Origin: Octopus vulgaris
Taxonomy: Eukaryota
Assembly (NCBI GenBank): GCA_951406725.2
Contig: OX597835.1
Location: 45,074,001 to 45,138,000 of the forward strand
Length of the DNA: 64,000 nucleotides
Direction: 5' to 3'
This document shows, one piece after another, positions 40,393 to 54,687 of this stretch (its first letter is position 1; each line of letters opens with the position of its first letter). Both the position numbers and the translations under genes were made by a program. The notes beneath the pieces were generated by a model. The model was not told the origin of the DNA, did not search any database, and saw nothing but the letters and a program-made list of their open reading frames with translations.

Positions 40393-40620
40393 TCTTTACT
40401 ACCCACATGGGGCTAAACATAGAGGGGACAAACAAGGACAAACAAAGGGATTAAGTCGATTACATCGACCCCAGTGCGTAACTGGTACTTAATTTATCGA
40501 CCCCGAAAGGATGAAAGGCAAAGTCGACCTCGGCGGAATTTGAACCCAGAACACTTAACGGCAGACGAAATACGGCTACGCATTTCGCCCGACGTGCTAA
40601 CGTTTCTGCCAGCTCGCCCC
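40393..40620 (-). mobile_element. tRNA-derived SINE family C (central gcctttcatcctttcggggtcgataaa domain)
   Basis: Minus-strand head ggcgagctggcagaaacgttagc..gggttcaaattcc; decayed relatives at about 46370-46470(-), 47776-47900(+) and 50225-50420(+). Confidence 0.85.
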
Positions 40621-41358
40621 ATCAAACATATAGATATATGCCTACCTACCTTAAGTAACAGGGGCTAGGAATCTGATATCGAGAGGATACGTCGTGCTCA
40701 AAATACCCGAAACAAAAACATTCCAATCACAAAACTGACTTTATTATACTGTAACATGGATAGGTATATATTTGTTATCATAAAATTATGTGAGTGTGGA
40801 ATCAGTAACTTTGAGTTAACTGTAGTTTGATTAAATAGGGAGAAATAATAAACGGTTGTAATTGAATGAGCGCCTGCTAACACCAAGAACACACCACTCG
40901 CAAGGCTTGACCCAATTCCTCTCGCCTCAAATGCCTCATTTTCAACCTGCAACGACCATGTAAAGCAATATTATATGTGTACATACTTAATAATTCCAAA
41001 ACTACACGCCGTTATTAGTCTAAATCACAGTCTGGCCAAGACGTTGGCAAATCTCTTTTGTTCAGGGAAGACATTATGCAGATTTTAAACCTGATTTGTC
41101 AGGTTTAATTATATATTTCAAAGACGCCGTTTCAATATATTTCTGTAGTTATTTTATATAACCATTATTCTATTTTCTTATTTATATTTCAATATGGATT
41201 TCTGTCTTGGCCTATAATTTTTTTAATCAGTCTGCAATGGTTGAACCAATACATACATATATACAAACATAACATACATACATCTACACATGCAAACACA
41301 CATACACACACGCGCACATGCACACACATATTCATATACATATATGTTCATGTATGTG

Positions 41359-41401
<43 letters not shown>

Positions 41402-41408
41402 CACATAT

Positions 41409-41451
<43 letters not shown>

Positions 41452-41464
41452 TATATATAGATAT

Positions 41465-41515
<51 letters not shown>

Positions 41516-41730
41516 CGCATACACATATATACGCACATGTATGTATGCATTTATTATGCACACACAAAATTTCATTATACTAGTTAGAACGAACATATTT
41601 TCTGAACAGTTTTCGTAATGCATTTTTAAAATATCCAATCAGATACCGGACGATATTAGCCTAGCAAACTAACTTATGTTAGGAAACTATTAATAACGAT
41701 GTATTGGTCTATACATTAAATTTGAAATAG

Positions 41731-41812
<82 letters not shown>

Positions 41813-42021
41813 CATACATATATATATATATGCGTGTGTGCATGTGAGCGTGAGTGAATGTGTCTTTGTGTGTGTGTGAGAGAGAGTTTGTGTGTGAATG
41901 TGAATAACTTTTAAAAGAATAAATGAGAAGATTGATAGAGACAGACAAAAATATATCAAGGTGTTGCATTCCTGTACAAAGACATGTAGAGTAAGAGATT
42001 TAGAGACAGATATATATATAT

Positions 42022-42086
<65 letters not shown>

Positions 42087-42711
42087 TAGATAGATAGATA
42101 GAGAGAGATACTGAGGGAGAGATAGTGTGAGACAGAGAGACAAACAGACAGAGAGAGTGTGAAAGGGAGAGAGATAAGTAGTGCTAGTACTGGCTGTTAG
42201 GGAGCCACCACGGGTAACGTGAGTGGAATAAATTAACGTTGATATATTCTTCAAAAACATGAAACTCATACAATCACAGAAACACACAGACGGAAGTACA
42301 CAAACAAACGCTTAAATACACTCAGATTAATATTTTTGGATTTTGTTACTTCAAAGTTTAGAAAGATTAATGTGCGAGATATGGCGACGAAAGAAGTTAA
42401 AAAATATTATTGGATTCTAGATGAGATCATAAGAAACTTGGGAATATATACAAATTCAAGGCTGTCAGATATAATGATGCATAAAATATGTCTCTCATTC
42501 TCTCTTTCTTTCCATATATTTCTCGATTTACGCCTACATGCGTATACACATGTAACTGTGTGTTTGCCTATGTATGTGTATTTATCACTCTTGTATAGAT
42601 ACATATAGGCATGTGTGTAATATGAATATATATACACTTATATACGTGCGATTATGGGTTCATATATAAATACATATATACATATACATATATATATATA
42701 TACACATGCAT

Positions 42712-42784
<73 letters not shown>

Positions 42785-42785
42785 G

Positions 42786-42822
<37 letters not shown>

Positions 42823-42857
42823 GTATATATATATATATATATATATACATATATACA

Positions 42858-42960
<103 letters not shown>

Positions 42961-43483
42961 CATGCACATGTGTGTGCGTGGTGATGTGTGTCTGTACAGA
43001 GAGATTATTGTTTGATACTTTTAATTATTTCAGTCACTTCTCTGCTACTTGGCCTAATCTCTCACTTCAAAGATTGTTTTGTTTTTTATTTGTCTCAGTT
43101 TGTTATTTAGTTCACCCACACTAACAGAGCAAAGATTAAATCCGTCGGACAGGAATCCGATACAGAGCCATTTTGTGAACATACGGCTGCAACTAGTTTA
43201 ATGTGAATCTTTTAGTCCGAACACACGTTTCTTATGCAAATGTACTTCACTTGAAGCTTAGTGTTTCATATGAAGTTGTTTTACCATCAAGATTACGATT
43301 GGTATTAATTTTAGGATCATGATTTGATATTCTTTGAAAATTATTCATACATTGATGCTCAGGGGTAGCTATGTGTTAAGAAGCTTGTTACAGGTTCTGG
43401 TCATTTTGGTTCTTCGTGCACCGTTGAATAATTGTCGGACCCCGCTTCATTTTTCTCCACAAGGTATCTATACACACACACAC

Positions 43484-43536
<53 letters not shown>

Positions 43537-43725
43537 TGTACATAAAAATGTAGGTGTGTATGTCTGTATGGGAGGTGGGCTGGAAACGAAAATTGGGTTT
43601 GAGATCTAAATAAATTTACAGCTACAGATTTCTTTATAAAAAAGGGAAAAACTTATGAAATCACATTTATTATAAACCAAACAGGAATACACATATATAC
43701 ACATACACACACACACACACACACA

Positions 43726-43771
<46 letters not shown>

Positions 43772-43879
43772 GTATGCATGTATGTATGTATGTATGTATG
43801 TATGTATGTATGTATGTATGTATGTATGTATGTATGTATGTATGTATGTATGTATGAGTGTGCGTATGTCTTTGCTGGT

Positions 43880-43914
<35 letters not shown>

Positions 43915-44360
43915 ATCTTTTTGTGGTTGTGCGTGTATGAATGTGAGCAGGAATTGAAAATTGAAGCAATGCAAAATAATGCCTGGCATTCACAACTCAT
44001 TTCCGAATAGGAAATCTATACTTATTTTGATAAAACAAAATTTATTTCGGATGTAATGTTTCTTTCAATCATATGACACAAGTTAGGGATTATCCAAGGA
44101 CAAACTACATACTATATATTTGATTTGGCGAAGACAATATGGATTTCCTGCGAAGGATAATTTACTCAAGTATATTTATTTGTTGTATAGTAAAATTATT
44201 ATCTCCAGATCTACGTTTTCGAATTTCGATCTCAAGCCATTTTACGTACGGCTTCTAAATATACTATCATGACACGAGATCGGACAAAGCTCCATTTAAA
44301 ACAATCAAGATTGAAATAGTGCTTAAACCTATGTATGCATGCATGCATATGTGTGTGTGT

Positions 44361-44395
<35 letters not shown>

Positions 44396-44398
<3 letters not shown>

Positions 44399-44946
44399 CG
44401 GAGATGTACTCGCATAGCAAGTAATTTGATCTGAGATCGTGTGCTGAAACGAAAACAATTGCAGCGTGGAAGGTATTTATAAGCCATTTAAGAAACACAC
44501 AAAAGCCGTTCAATTCACTTCAACATTTAAGTTTAATTTGTCAAAATATTTTCGTCGCTAAAATCCGCGACCTGTTCACTGACAAAGTCCGTGCTGCATC
44601 TAAGAAAGTAACAGTTAGTTCGTCATATATATGCACGTATGTATGTGTGTATGTATGCATACATGCGTACATACATACACATATGTATGCATACATATGT
44701 ATGCATACATGTATGCATGCGTACATACATACACATATGTATGCATACATACACACATACATACGTACATATATATGACGAACTAACTGTTACTTTCTTA
44801 GATGCAGCACGGACTTTGTCAGTGAACAGGTCGCGGATTTTAGCGACGAAAATATTTTGACAAATTAAACTTAAATGTTGAAGTGAATCGAACGGCTTTT
44901 GTGTGTTTCTTAAATGGCTTATAAACACCTTCCACGCTGCAATTGT
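44396..44946. mobile_element. Inverted PLE-type terminal repeat pair (210-bp arms) with two intact G3-C8 hammerhead motifs
   Basis: Arms 44455-44664 and 44737-44946; HHR at 44815-44864(+) and 44537-44586(-); same family as 35893-36213. Confidence 0.88.
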
Positions 44947-44958
44947 GTTATATATATA

Positions 44959-45091
44959 TTAATCAGCCGAAATTACTACGATGATCCGGTTCTTGACTGA
45001 AGACTGAGGGTTTCGAATGTCCTGTCCGTGTTTATTGTATCGTCTTCTAAGAGTTATACGTTCTTGTCCATGTTGTATTTTTCTACATACC

Positions 45092-45095
<4 letters not shown>
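44959..45095 (+). mobile_element. 137-bp (TA)n-bounded insertion identical to 28698-28834 (inverted)
   Basis: ttaatcagccGAAAttactacgatgatccggttcttgaCTGAAGA...ctacataccttaa. Confidence 0.85.
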
Positions 45096-45148
<53 letters not shown>

Positions 45149-45153
<5 letters not shown>

Positions 45154-45425
45154 TTAGTGAATTGAAGAAATGGAGTTGAACGAAGATTGAACAGAATTCC
45201 TTTTATTGCATTCTACACATGTTTCAAAAGCCACAATTTTCCAAATTTTGATTAAATAAGGATACCATATTGTGGCTTTCTCTTCAGGAAAGAGAAAGCC
45301 ACAATATGGTATCCTTATTTAATCAAAATTTGGAAAATTGTGGCTTTTGAAACATGTGTAGAATGCAATAAAAGGAATTCTGTTCAATCTTCGTTCAACT
45401 CCATTTCTTCAATTCACTAATAATA
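45149..45425. repeat. Near-perfect fold-back (136-bp arms, 5-nt loop) with a hammerhead at 45211-45290(-); right-side extension to about 45580
   Basis: Minus strand: ttc-CTGAAGA-gaaagccacaa(...)ttgtggctttt-GAAA-catgtg-TA-gaa. Confidence 0.9.
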
Positions 45426-45575
45426 CTAAAATTCAATTATCCGCACCAACGCACGGTTGCAACACCAAATGGTTTTATCTCCAACCGTGCTTTCTTCTGC
45501 TGTGATTTTTGCTACCAAGGTATCGGTTAAAATTTTGATTAATCTGCAACAAGATTATTCATCTTTCTATTTTAC

Positions 45576-45660
<85 letters not shown>

Positions 45661-45676
45661 TTATAGACAGACAGAC

Positions 45677-45737
<61 letters not shown>

Positions 45738-45747
45738 TCAATGTATG

Positions 45748-46132
45748 TATCGTGGATCTCCGTCGGTTACGACGAGGTGGGTTCCAGCTGATCCGATAAA
45801 CGAAACAGCCTGCTCGTGAAATTAACGTGCAAGTGGCTGAGCACTCCATAGACACGTGTACCCATAGCGTAGGTCTCGAGGAAATTGAGCGTGACACAGA
45901 GTGTGACAAGATTGGACCTTTGAAATACAGATACAACATAAACAGGAAGAAAGATTGAAAGAAAGTTTTGGTGAAAGAGTACAACAGGGTTCGCCACCAC
46001 CCCCTGCCGGAGCCTTGTGGGGCTTTAGGTGTTTTCACTCAATAAGATCTCACAACTCCCAGTCTGGGAATCGAAACCGCGATCCTACGACTGCGAGTCT
46101 GCTGCCCTAGCGACTGGGCTTTTGCACCTCCA
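45748..46132 (-). mobile_element. SINE family B, long-tail variant
   Basis: Family B head on the minus strand; tail shared with the fragment at about 2975-3095. Confidence 0.85.
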
Positions 46133-47189
46133 CGATATATATACACACACAAGTATAACCAAAGAAACCCGTTAGAAAATGTCTCGGAGATGAAAGTAGT
46201 AAATATACAGAGAAGTAATGTTTGTCCCTTCAACACGTCTGTTCCGCACGATATGACGTTACTACCATTTTTAACCCTTACGGAAACCTCCTCTAGCTGG
46301 TTACCGATACACTCTGCACCCGACATATATTGTAAACATTGGAGCGAACCCCTGTCATTGCCCTAGCAAAATAAAAGGCAAATTCCGTCTCTGCGGAATT
46401 TGAACTCAGAACATAAAGACGGACGTAATGCTATCCGGTGTGCTAACGTTTCTGTCCGTCCACCACCTTAGTATTCGTTAGTATTTGGGGCTCTGCAATA
46501 TTTCTCCTGACAAATATGTGAAACTAAATATTTATGCCATAGTTATACTAGGAAGCTGTTGTTCCTTTCAAGGTGAATAATTTCAGGTGTGAAAACAGTG
46601 TAACACATCGAATAAACATAAAGAAAGTATATAAAACGAACTTTATACAGATTTAGATTAAGTTCTATGAAATAACAGGGACCTCGTCAGGGGAGAGTCA
46701 TATAAACAGCATAACCTGTGAACTGATATTTTATGTACCACTGATTAGTTGGAGGTGTGACCGACCTCTGTGGTACGACTGGTACACTTGTCATACGGAT
46801 TATGATAGATTCTTGACTCCTAAGTAATGAGAGGTTTTGTGTACAATTTTTGTTCGTCGAATCATTCCTTACGTAATTTATTTCTTATTTAGCTTCTCAC
46901 AACTTAATTTACCTTAAAATTTGAAAATGTTTACAATCTTTCATTTTAATTAAAAATATCTTGGTGTTCTAATAAGAGTCTAACAAGACACCATATCTTG
47001 TAAATGCTATTGACTTTAAGTAAATACTTTTATAATTATTTTAGTAGGAGTTTAGAATAATCAGATCAATAATATTTTAAGAATCTTAATAAAATAAACG
47101 TAGTGAAATCCTCTGGGCTTATTGATGTTTAGAAAAGTTTATCGAAAGAAAATTTATTGTAATTATATAAAATTTATTAAACCAAAACA

Positions 47190-47220
<31 letters not shown>

Positions 47221-47233
47221 TATTTAGATATTT

Positions 47234-47274
<41 letters not shown>

Positions 47275-48019
47275 ATTTAATATGTTTCCCTATGGTAAAT
47301 TGAAAACATTTCCTCAGATATTTCATTGTACTTTACACATTTCTTTTCTTAAAATAGGAGTTATTGTCAACTTTCCTTCAAGATGAAACGTATGTAAAAT
47401 GTATTCTATGAAGTAATATATTAAGTTAGAATACTAGTAATTTGCTCTTATCTAATACTTTGTTTGGCTGTTGCTCCTTACAATAAAACGATGATCATTT
47501 CTCTATATTCTTTGGTCGATGTCGAAATAAATTAAGGTCATTTACAATCACAATTTCAAAGTTTAAGATGAGTTGATGTGCAGAATCGAATAAACTTCGA
47601 AAAAAACTTGCAGTGATACATCTCCTCCAAGTTAAACCCATGGCTAGGCCAACGTTTCGCAATTGCTTTGGGAGTCCTTAAATATAAAGTACAAGTTAAG
47701 TACTCTGATTTATGTTATCCCCTTTCTTACCTCTCTAATTCTTTGTAACTAAATTAGAAAATTTTATATTAACACCAAGGCGGTGAGTTGGTAGAATCAT
47801 TAGCACACCGTCAAAATGCTTAGTGACGTTTAGTTTAGCTCTACGTTCCGAGTTCAAGTGTCGCCTAGGTCGAGTTCACCTTTCGGGATCGATAAAAAAA
47901 TTCCACTTGAACACGTTCTTTATTTATTTTTGAATTCAATTTTGTTTCATCTTCTCCACCCCTGAGTATCAACAAGAGACCAGAGGCACGTATGAGATAG
48001 AAGGAGACAAAATTTCTGA

Positions 48020-49055
48020 GAAAATCAGTGGTTGATGTGAGCATAATATTTTGAGCTTTTTATATTATAGACGTTCCTAAGAATCTGGTCAATAGATTTT
48101 CCCGTACCTTTACCGGTCATTTCCAAAGAACATACAAGGTTGGTTTTGGTCTTCACCTGTCTTAGATACCTAAATCTCGTCGTTCTTGTATTTTAGTAGT
48201 TTTCCAATTTCTTTTGCTTCGATATTTCTATCAGTGGGAACCGTCATATAAAAAAAAAACAGACATATTTTTGTCTTAAGTCTTTGAGGGCGATATGTGG
48301 CCTGTATGTATATTTCCCATAATCCCATGGGATACTAATCTTCTATTCCTCAGTTACTGGCTGAGTATACCAGTTCTTCGGGTGCGGGATTTAATAGTGA
48401 CCCTATATGTTTCAGTGCAATTATTGGTCAAGGAAATCATGCCAGGTTTTATATTCTGCAGGAACAAAGACTGAGCAACCGGCATCAATATGGTCAATGC
48501 TGTGAAGTTTACCATTTGAGAGTCCACACTTTGTGTCTGCCTCATTGTGCATGATATTAAAATGTTAGTTATGGCTGAGGAGATTTTGATCTTGTGCCAC
48601 TACGTTAAATCCGTTTTCGGCTTTCAAACCAGTGCTGTGCAGCCACTGAAAGGTTCTTCTCATACCTACTTCAGCTTCCCCAGTTCCTTTGGAGTACTAT
48701 CAATGCAATGGTTTTTCTTGGCACAATGTCGAAATCTCCTATTTTTACCTGTTTTGGGGTTGGTGTATCTTCATTATCGCCATGATAATCAGAGATGTTA
48801 AGATCTCGTCTGTATCTATAAGCCTCTTTTGAGATTGACTGCAGTTTCTTAACCCGTTCAGTTTGTCTTACCAGTTGTATAATCCACTCGGTGTTACACC
48901 GAATGCACATTTTAACTGCTGTCGAGATCATTTCATAGACGGCTTCAAGATGAATTAGGACTCTAACGCCTTCCTTTAGTGGGAGATAAAGCCTATCGGT
49001 TTTGGGTAAAATTATGTATAAATGGACACTGTATTTATATAAATAATATATAGTC
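48020..49055 (-). pseudogene. R4/Dong-clade LINE remnant (RT C-terminus and REL endonuclease), highly decayed
   Basis: PKTDRLYLPLKEGVRVLIHLE (RLYLP..EGGRGL type) and PTDRNIEAKEIGKLLKY (REL KE.EK..KY motif) near 48240-48190. Confidence 0.65.
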
Positions 49056-49497
49056 AATTGACAAAATTTTTACACGCTAGGCCACTGCTAATGGAAATTT
49101 CTAATATTTCTGATTACCCTTTGATATTATGAATTATTGATAATTTTTTTCTGGATAATTTTCGAATTGAAAAGCCGGCATGTTTTATTTACTGCCGACA
49201 AGAAGGTGCATTTGCGCGGTAGATATAAAAAATTAGAATGTATAAGCACGGGGCATATACTGGGTTACCTCGTGTATATATAGTTAATCTAAGGTGCACC
49301 TGCTGAAGAAAACTTCGCCTAGCAAATTATTCTATTTGCTAAAAAAATTTGTAACCATTGGCCTATGAGTTAGATGGTAAATGTTTTTATTTTTCAATCC
49401 CTTCGAAATGTTAACTCTAATATTGGTTTGGAATTTAACTGTTCTCTCTAGCGTGAAAGGAGTCCTATGATGGATGCCTCTTATGTGCTTAAATATA

Positions 49498-49605
<108 letters not shown>

Positions 49606-52030
49606 GTATATATATAATATATAAAATTATGTGGTGTACAAAATATTTCAAGTAAAACTCCACAGAAATATTATTCAATTTTTATCGTCTTTCCTGTGAT
49701 ATTCAACCACTCGTTGTGCAAAGTTATTTCAACCTGTATCACATTAAGAAATTTTAATGCTTTTCATTACCATATTCAAATAACATTCATTAAAAAGTTT
49801 CACAGCTTGATTTTGGGCTCTTCAATTATGATTCCACCTCGCGCACACCCTGGAATAAATACTAGGTAGAAGGGCGAATCCCTTTATCGTGGTTCCCAGA
49901 TTTGCAGTCTGCAATTATAGAGAAATCAAGCGCCATCCATACTTGTATTTGATATTCTGCAAACCGTTCTTCTATGCGCACACAAAATTGATTTGTAAGT
50001 ATTAGCAACTAAATTTTATTACATGTTACTTGCTATCTTTCGAATTGCTGCATTAGCAAAACATAGTTGGCTTCACAAACTCGTGTCTCCCAGGGACTGG
50101 TTAATTTTAATTTGTGTAACATAAAGTGAATTAATTGGAGTCAAGAAATTTTCTTAACAGCAGCCACTCCTTCAAATGCATAACTTAAAAATATAAAGCA
50201 ACTTCATTTGTGATTCTCACCACGTGATGAGCTGGCGAATTCGTTCGCACATTAGACAAACTGTTTACTAACGCTTCTAGCATTGTGCTCGCTGCGCTCA
50301 CATTCCACTGATGTCAGCAATGCTTTTCGCGGTCGATAAAAAATGTACTTCATAAACACTGGGGATGATATAACCCACTCGCTCCTACCCCAGCAAAAGA
50401 AAAATAGGGATTTTGCTTGTAGTAGTGGTATGGAGGGGGGCGGGGGCTGATATGACACCTTTAAACCACTCAGGTGTTAACTTTCCAACCCATGGGTCTG
50501 TTCTTAGTAGTCGTTTCTGGTAGTGGTTTTACTAGTTCGGAATGCAAACCCTACATCAAACCTCTTTTCTTCACCTTTTACGAATGGCAGAGGAAACTGT
50601 GGATTTTTTTTTTACACAACGGCCCACATACACCTAAAAAATGAATAATTATTGTTAAGGCGACAATATGGTTGAATAGCTAACACGATGTGCAAAATAT
50701 TTAGCGATATTTCTTTCGGATTTAAGTTCTAAGTTTAAATTCCACCGAAATCGACAATTTCAATTCTTTACACAGCAATTTAAATTCAAGTCAAAAATTC
50801 TGATTATCAGAACCCTCTGCAACCCCCTATTTTAACTGAATTTCGGAAAATCGCAGTTTAAGTTCTCTTTACAAAGTCGCAGTACCTCTTATTTACTAGA
50901 TTTCTTTCCATGCCTCATAAATCCACACATCTTTACCTTGCGCAACACAATCTTCTTAAAGTAACCCTGAAGTGTACCGTAGTGTTTCGTTGCAGCTGTG
51001 AAGTTGAATCCATCCCACATTACTGACGATCCATGATATGCAATTTCCTTATGTAACTACTTAATGCTTTTTTCCCAGAACTTTCCTTTATACATAGTTC
51101 GATTTTTGGCTCTCAATTTAATCCGTAGAAATGATCGGATAGATATATCTTTGGGGTTCTTAATTCTTATGCGTTAATATCTGCTAAAGTAATATATTCA
51201 AACATGTATTTCCATTCATTGAATTTGATTGCATTGATGTATTTAATTATATCTTTGTTTTATTTCACCAGCTGTTTAATTAGATTTTGACTCATGTTTG
51301 ACACGTTGTTGAACAAAATGTAAAGAGGTTCCAATTTTATAATATATCAATGCACGAATGATAAGATCTCTCACTCAAATTGGACACTCACGTAAGACGG
51401 GAGAACTACTATAACGGTAGAAACGACGGGTGTGCTTGCCTCTCTTGGTATTCATTCTCTAAATGAACTTTTCTGTTCCCAGTACACTTCAGAATTAAAG
51501 TACACACTCTGCTGGTCACCCAACGCATTTCAGGTGGTAAAGGTTCCAGCATATTTAGTATCATGAGAGTACTAATAAATAACACAAATTTTCGCATCAG
51601 TTATATTTTTCATAGATTCAAACTTTTCTAATCGAGTTACTCTTTTACTCTTTTACTTGTTTCAGTCATTTGACTGCGGCCATGCTGGAGCACCGCCTTT
51701 AGTCGAGCAAATCGACCCCGGGACTTATTCTTTGTAAGCCCAGTACTTATTCTATCGGTCTCTTTTGACGAACCGCTAAGTGATGGGGACGTAAACACAG
51801 TAGCATCGGTTGTCAAGCAATGCTAGGGGCACAAACACAGACACAGAAACACCCAAACACACACATATATATATATATATGTACATATATACGACAGGCT
51901 TCTTTCAGTTTCCGTCTACCAAATCCACTCACAAGGCATTGGTCGGCCCGGGGCTATAGCAGAAGACACTTGCCCAAGATGCCACGCAGTGGGACTGAAC
52001 CCGGAACCATGTGATTGGTTAGCAAGCTAC

Positions 52031-54230
52031 TTTATTTCAAAACATTTGCCATAAAGGCAGTACACAGATTAAGTTAGCTTTGCGGGCTGGACGAGGACAT
52101 TAATGAAGTGAATGATAATGAAAGAAAGATGATAAGGATGGGAGAAGACAGAAAGCGCCCGCCGACTTTTGCTTCTCTAAAACATTGTTCTTTTTAAAAA
52201 GATAAACACAAAACGAGGTATAAAACCTCTTACAATTTTTCCCAATTTTTGGGCTTAGCAGTCCATTATTAATACAAAACGAGGTATTAATCCTCTTACA
52301 ATTTTTCAATTTTTGGACTTAAGTCCATTACTAATAATACATATCGTCCTCGAAATAGCTTGTGCCCGCGCCCTCCACCATCAACCACGCCTCCCTCAGA
52401 ACGTAGTCAAGTTCCGAGTTCGCGTCGCCCGGGACCAAGTTATAATCTTCGTTGAGCTCCTTTAGCCCTAGCGTCACGTCGAACGCCACGGCCTCCACAG
52501 CTACCTGCGGAGGCCATTCGGGGTCCTGTGTGAAGGCTAAAGGTGCTCCCTTGTAGTGCTCTTCCATCACTTTTTCAATTTCTCCTCCTCTATAGAAGAG
52601 GACCAACACATTTAGTTCTTTCGTTGGCGGCACAGTTTCCGCCAACGGTATTCCTTCTCTTGTCGGTGGCACAACCCCAACCGACGTAGTTCCGCGACAT
52701 TCCGGTGCTACACTGACAGCCGGTAATGTCCCGTTTTTCTTCCTCTTTTTCTTTTTTTTCCCTTTTCAACTGAGGGAGGGTGTGTCTCCTCCGTGGCTGG
52801 AAGATTCGCCTTCCTCTCCTCATCCCTATTATCCTTTGGTGAGCACCCATTGTTGCTCACCTTCCTCTTTCGGCCTCTGTTTGAGGAGTCCTCTGCTTTC
52901 TCGGCCGTTATCGTTCCCTCTTCTAGAGGGGTTTTACTTAACTGTTCCGGGATCCTATTTTGTTCCCGAGGACAGTTCTTCTTTATGTGGCCGGACTCCA
53001 AGCACCGATGACACTTAGGGGGGCGACCCTCAAGCATCACCGGGTACCTGCACCCGGCCATTTTCAAAAAATCTGGAAGAACCAGATTGGCTGATTGTGT
53101 CCACAGAGTCAAAATTGCTTTCGACCCAACCCAAGCAGCCGCAGGAAGAACTTTTACATTGAGGAGCTTAGTTTCGCTGTCACCCAGACCCCGGCGGATA
53201 GTCTCCTCTATCCACTCGGGTTCTATGTCGGGTGGCAGTCCGCAGATCCAAGCTTTCATCAATTTCTTTTTTTTGTACGTGGGCAGGAATAAGATTTCCT
53301 TACCCTCCAAGGGTTTGCTAGCAAATATGCAAGCCTCTTCAGGGGTGTCAAATAGCAACCACACCGTTGCATATTTGACAGCCCTGGAAATGAATTTAAT
53401 TGTTGGCAAATACTCTTCCAACTCCTCCTCAATTGCCGTCTTTTCGAATAGGGCGATGGTGTCAAGTGCCTTGGAGTAGGTTCTCAACACCACCGTCCTA
53501 TCTTCACGGTCTTTTAACCACTTTTTGGGTGGTATGATTTCCCACTCCAAAATTTTGTTATTTTTCATTGCCATGTTTTTTTAAAAATATATTCAAATTA
53601 AACTCAAAAGCAGGAAGAAAAAAGTTCAAAAGTCTAAATAAAATTTGATAGATTTTTGAAAAAACAAAAAGGAGAAAGTACAACAGAAGGGAAGAAATTA
53701 ACGGAAAGTCGCAATAAAGAAAAAAACAAAAGGGGGGGGGGTTAAATGAAGTTCAAAAGAAAGTTAATAAACAGAAAAAACACAGCAAAAATATTCTGGC
53801 CTTGCGGTACTCCCGGCCTGGGTTGAACCTGGAACGCCGCAACTGCAACACAACCTCCACAAAAGTGGGTCCGAAAGGTAATCCAATAGTGGCTTATTTT
53901 TATAATTTTCTTGCGAAGTAGTAAAACACAAGCAAACAAATTAATTTTTGCGGAGGGGCTACGCCTCCTCAAAAAGCACAATTCTCACTAAAGAGTGAGA
54001 CCTTAGACACGACAACAGGCAGAGAAATATATCTGAAGTAAAGTGAAGTCTATTACCCGCAAAAAAATATTAATGCTAGATAACGTTAACTGCTAAATAA
54101 CATTAAGCAAGCAATAAACTTCACTATGCTTCTAAAAATACAGAACGTCTTACCTGTCACCGAGTCAAAAGTTCAACATTTCACGTTCAAACACGTGACA
54201 TTTGCAGGAGCAAAAAACAACACGTCTGTC
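52031..54230 (-). mobile_element. Complete ORF1-only (half-LINE) Tx1-like non-autonomous retroelement with a 14-15 bp TSD
   Basis: TSD tggttagcaagctac (52016-52030) / tggtaagaagctac (54231-54244); about 650-bp 5' UTR, one gag-like ORF, 3' UTR with two ~65-bp tandem units, gaaataaa end; no EN or RT. Confidence 0.85.
52331..53574 (-). pseudogene. Tx1/L1-type ORF1 protein (RRM-like region plus CCHC knuckle); 288-aa open frame, then a probable frameshifted C-terminus
   Basis: MAMKNNKILEWEII..; YPVMLEGRPPKCHRCLESGHIKKNC; continuation in the ORF at 52672-52331. Confidence 0.75.
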
Positions 54231-54587
54231 TGGTAAGAAGCTACTTACCACACAGCCACTCCTGCGCCTATATCATAAGTTGTATCATAACTTATGGAAA
54301 TTACTTAATGTATCAAAAAGTCAAGCTATCCTTGCCTACATGAAAACATTCTGAAAGTGAAGCGATTTATGCAATCATAGAAATGCTACTTGTTTTAATA
54401 CAACTAGAAAAACTTCTGTTGATGCCTAACAATATTTTGGTGGTGCGGAAATGATACTCTCCTGCATCAACTTCGCCATGTGGGAATTTACTACACCGCC
54501 AGTCAGATCAATGTTTCTAACTCTCTTTACTAGACAGGAATTGTTGTGAGCCCACGCGAATGTGCACTCGCACACACACGCACACAA

Positions 54588-54687
<100 letters not shown>

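Larger units (their letters stand above)
51637..54271 (-). mobile_element. Family A SINE split by an insertion (3' part 51637-52030, 5' head 54231-54271)
   Basis: The two parts rejoin into a complete SINE with a duplicated segment at the junction. Confidence 0.9.

Noticed and set aside
40698-40952. Possible Helitron helicase remnant on the minus strand
   Set aside because: Only vague similarity to the ASSG..A.LL..G.T.H motif; needs a profile search
50920-51090. Possible Tc1 transposase fragment on the minus strand (GSSVMWDGF)
   Set aside because: A single short motif with no TIRs identified
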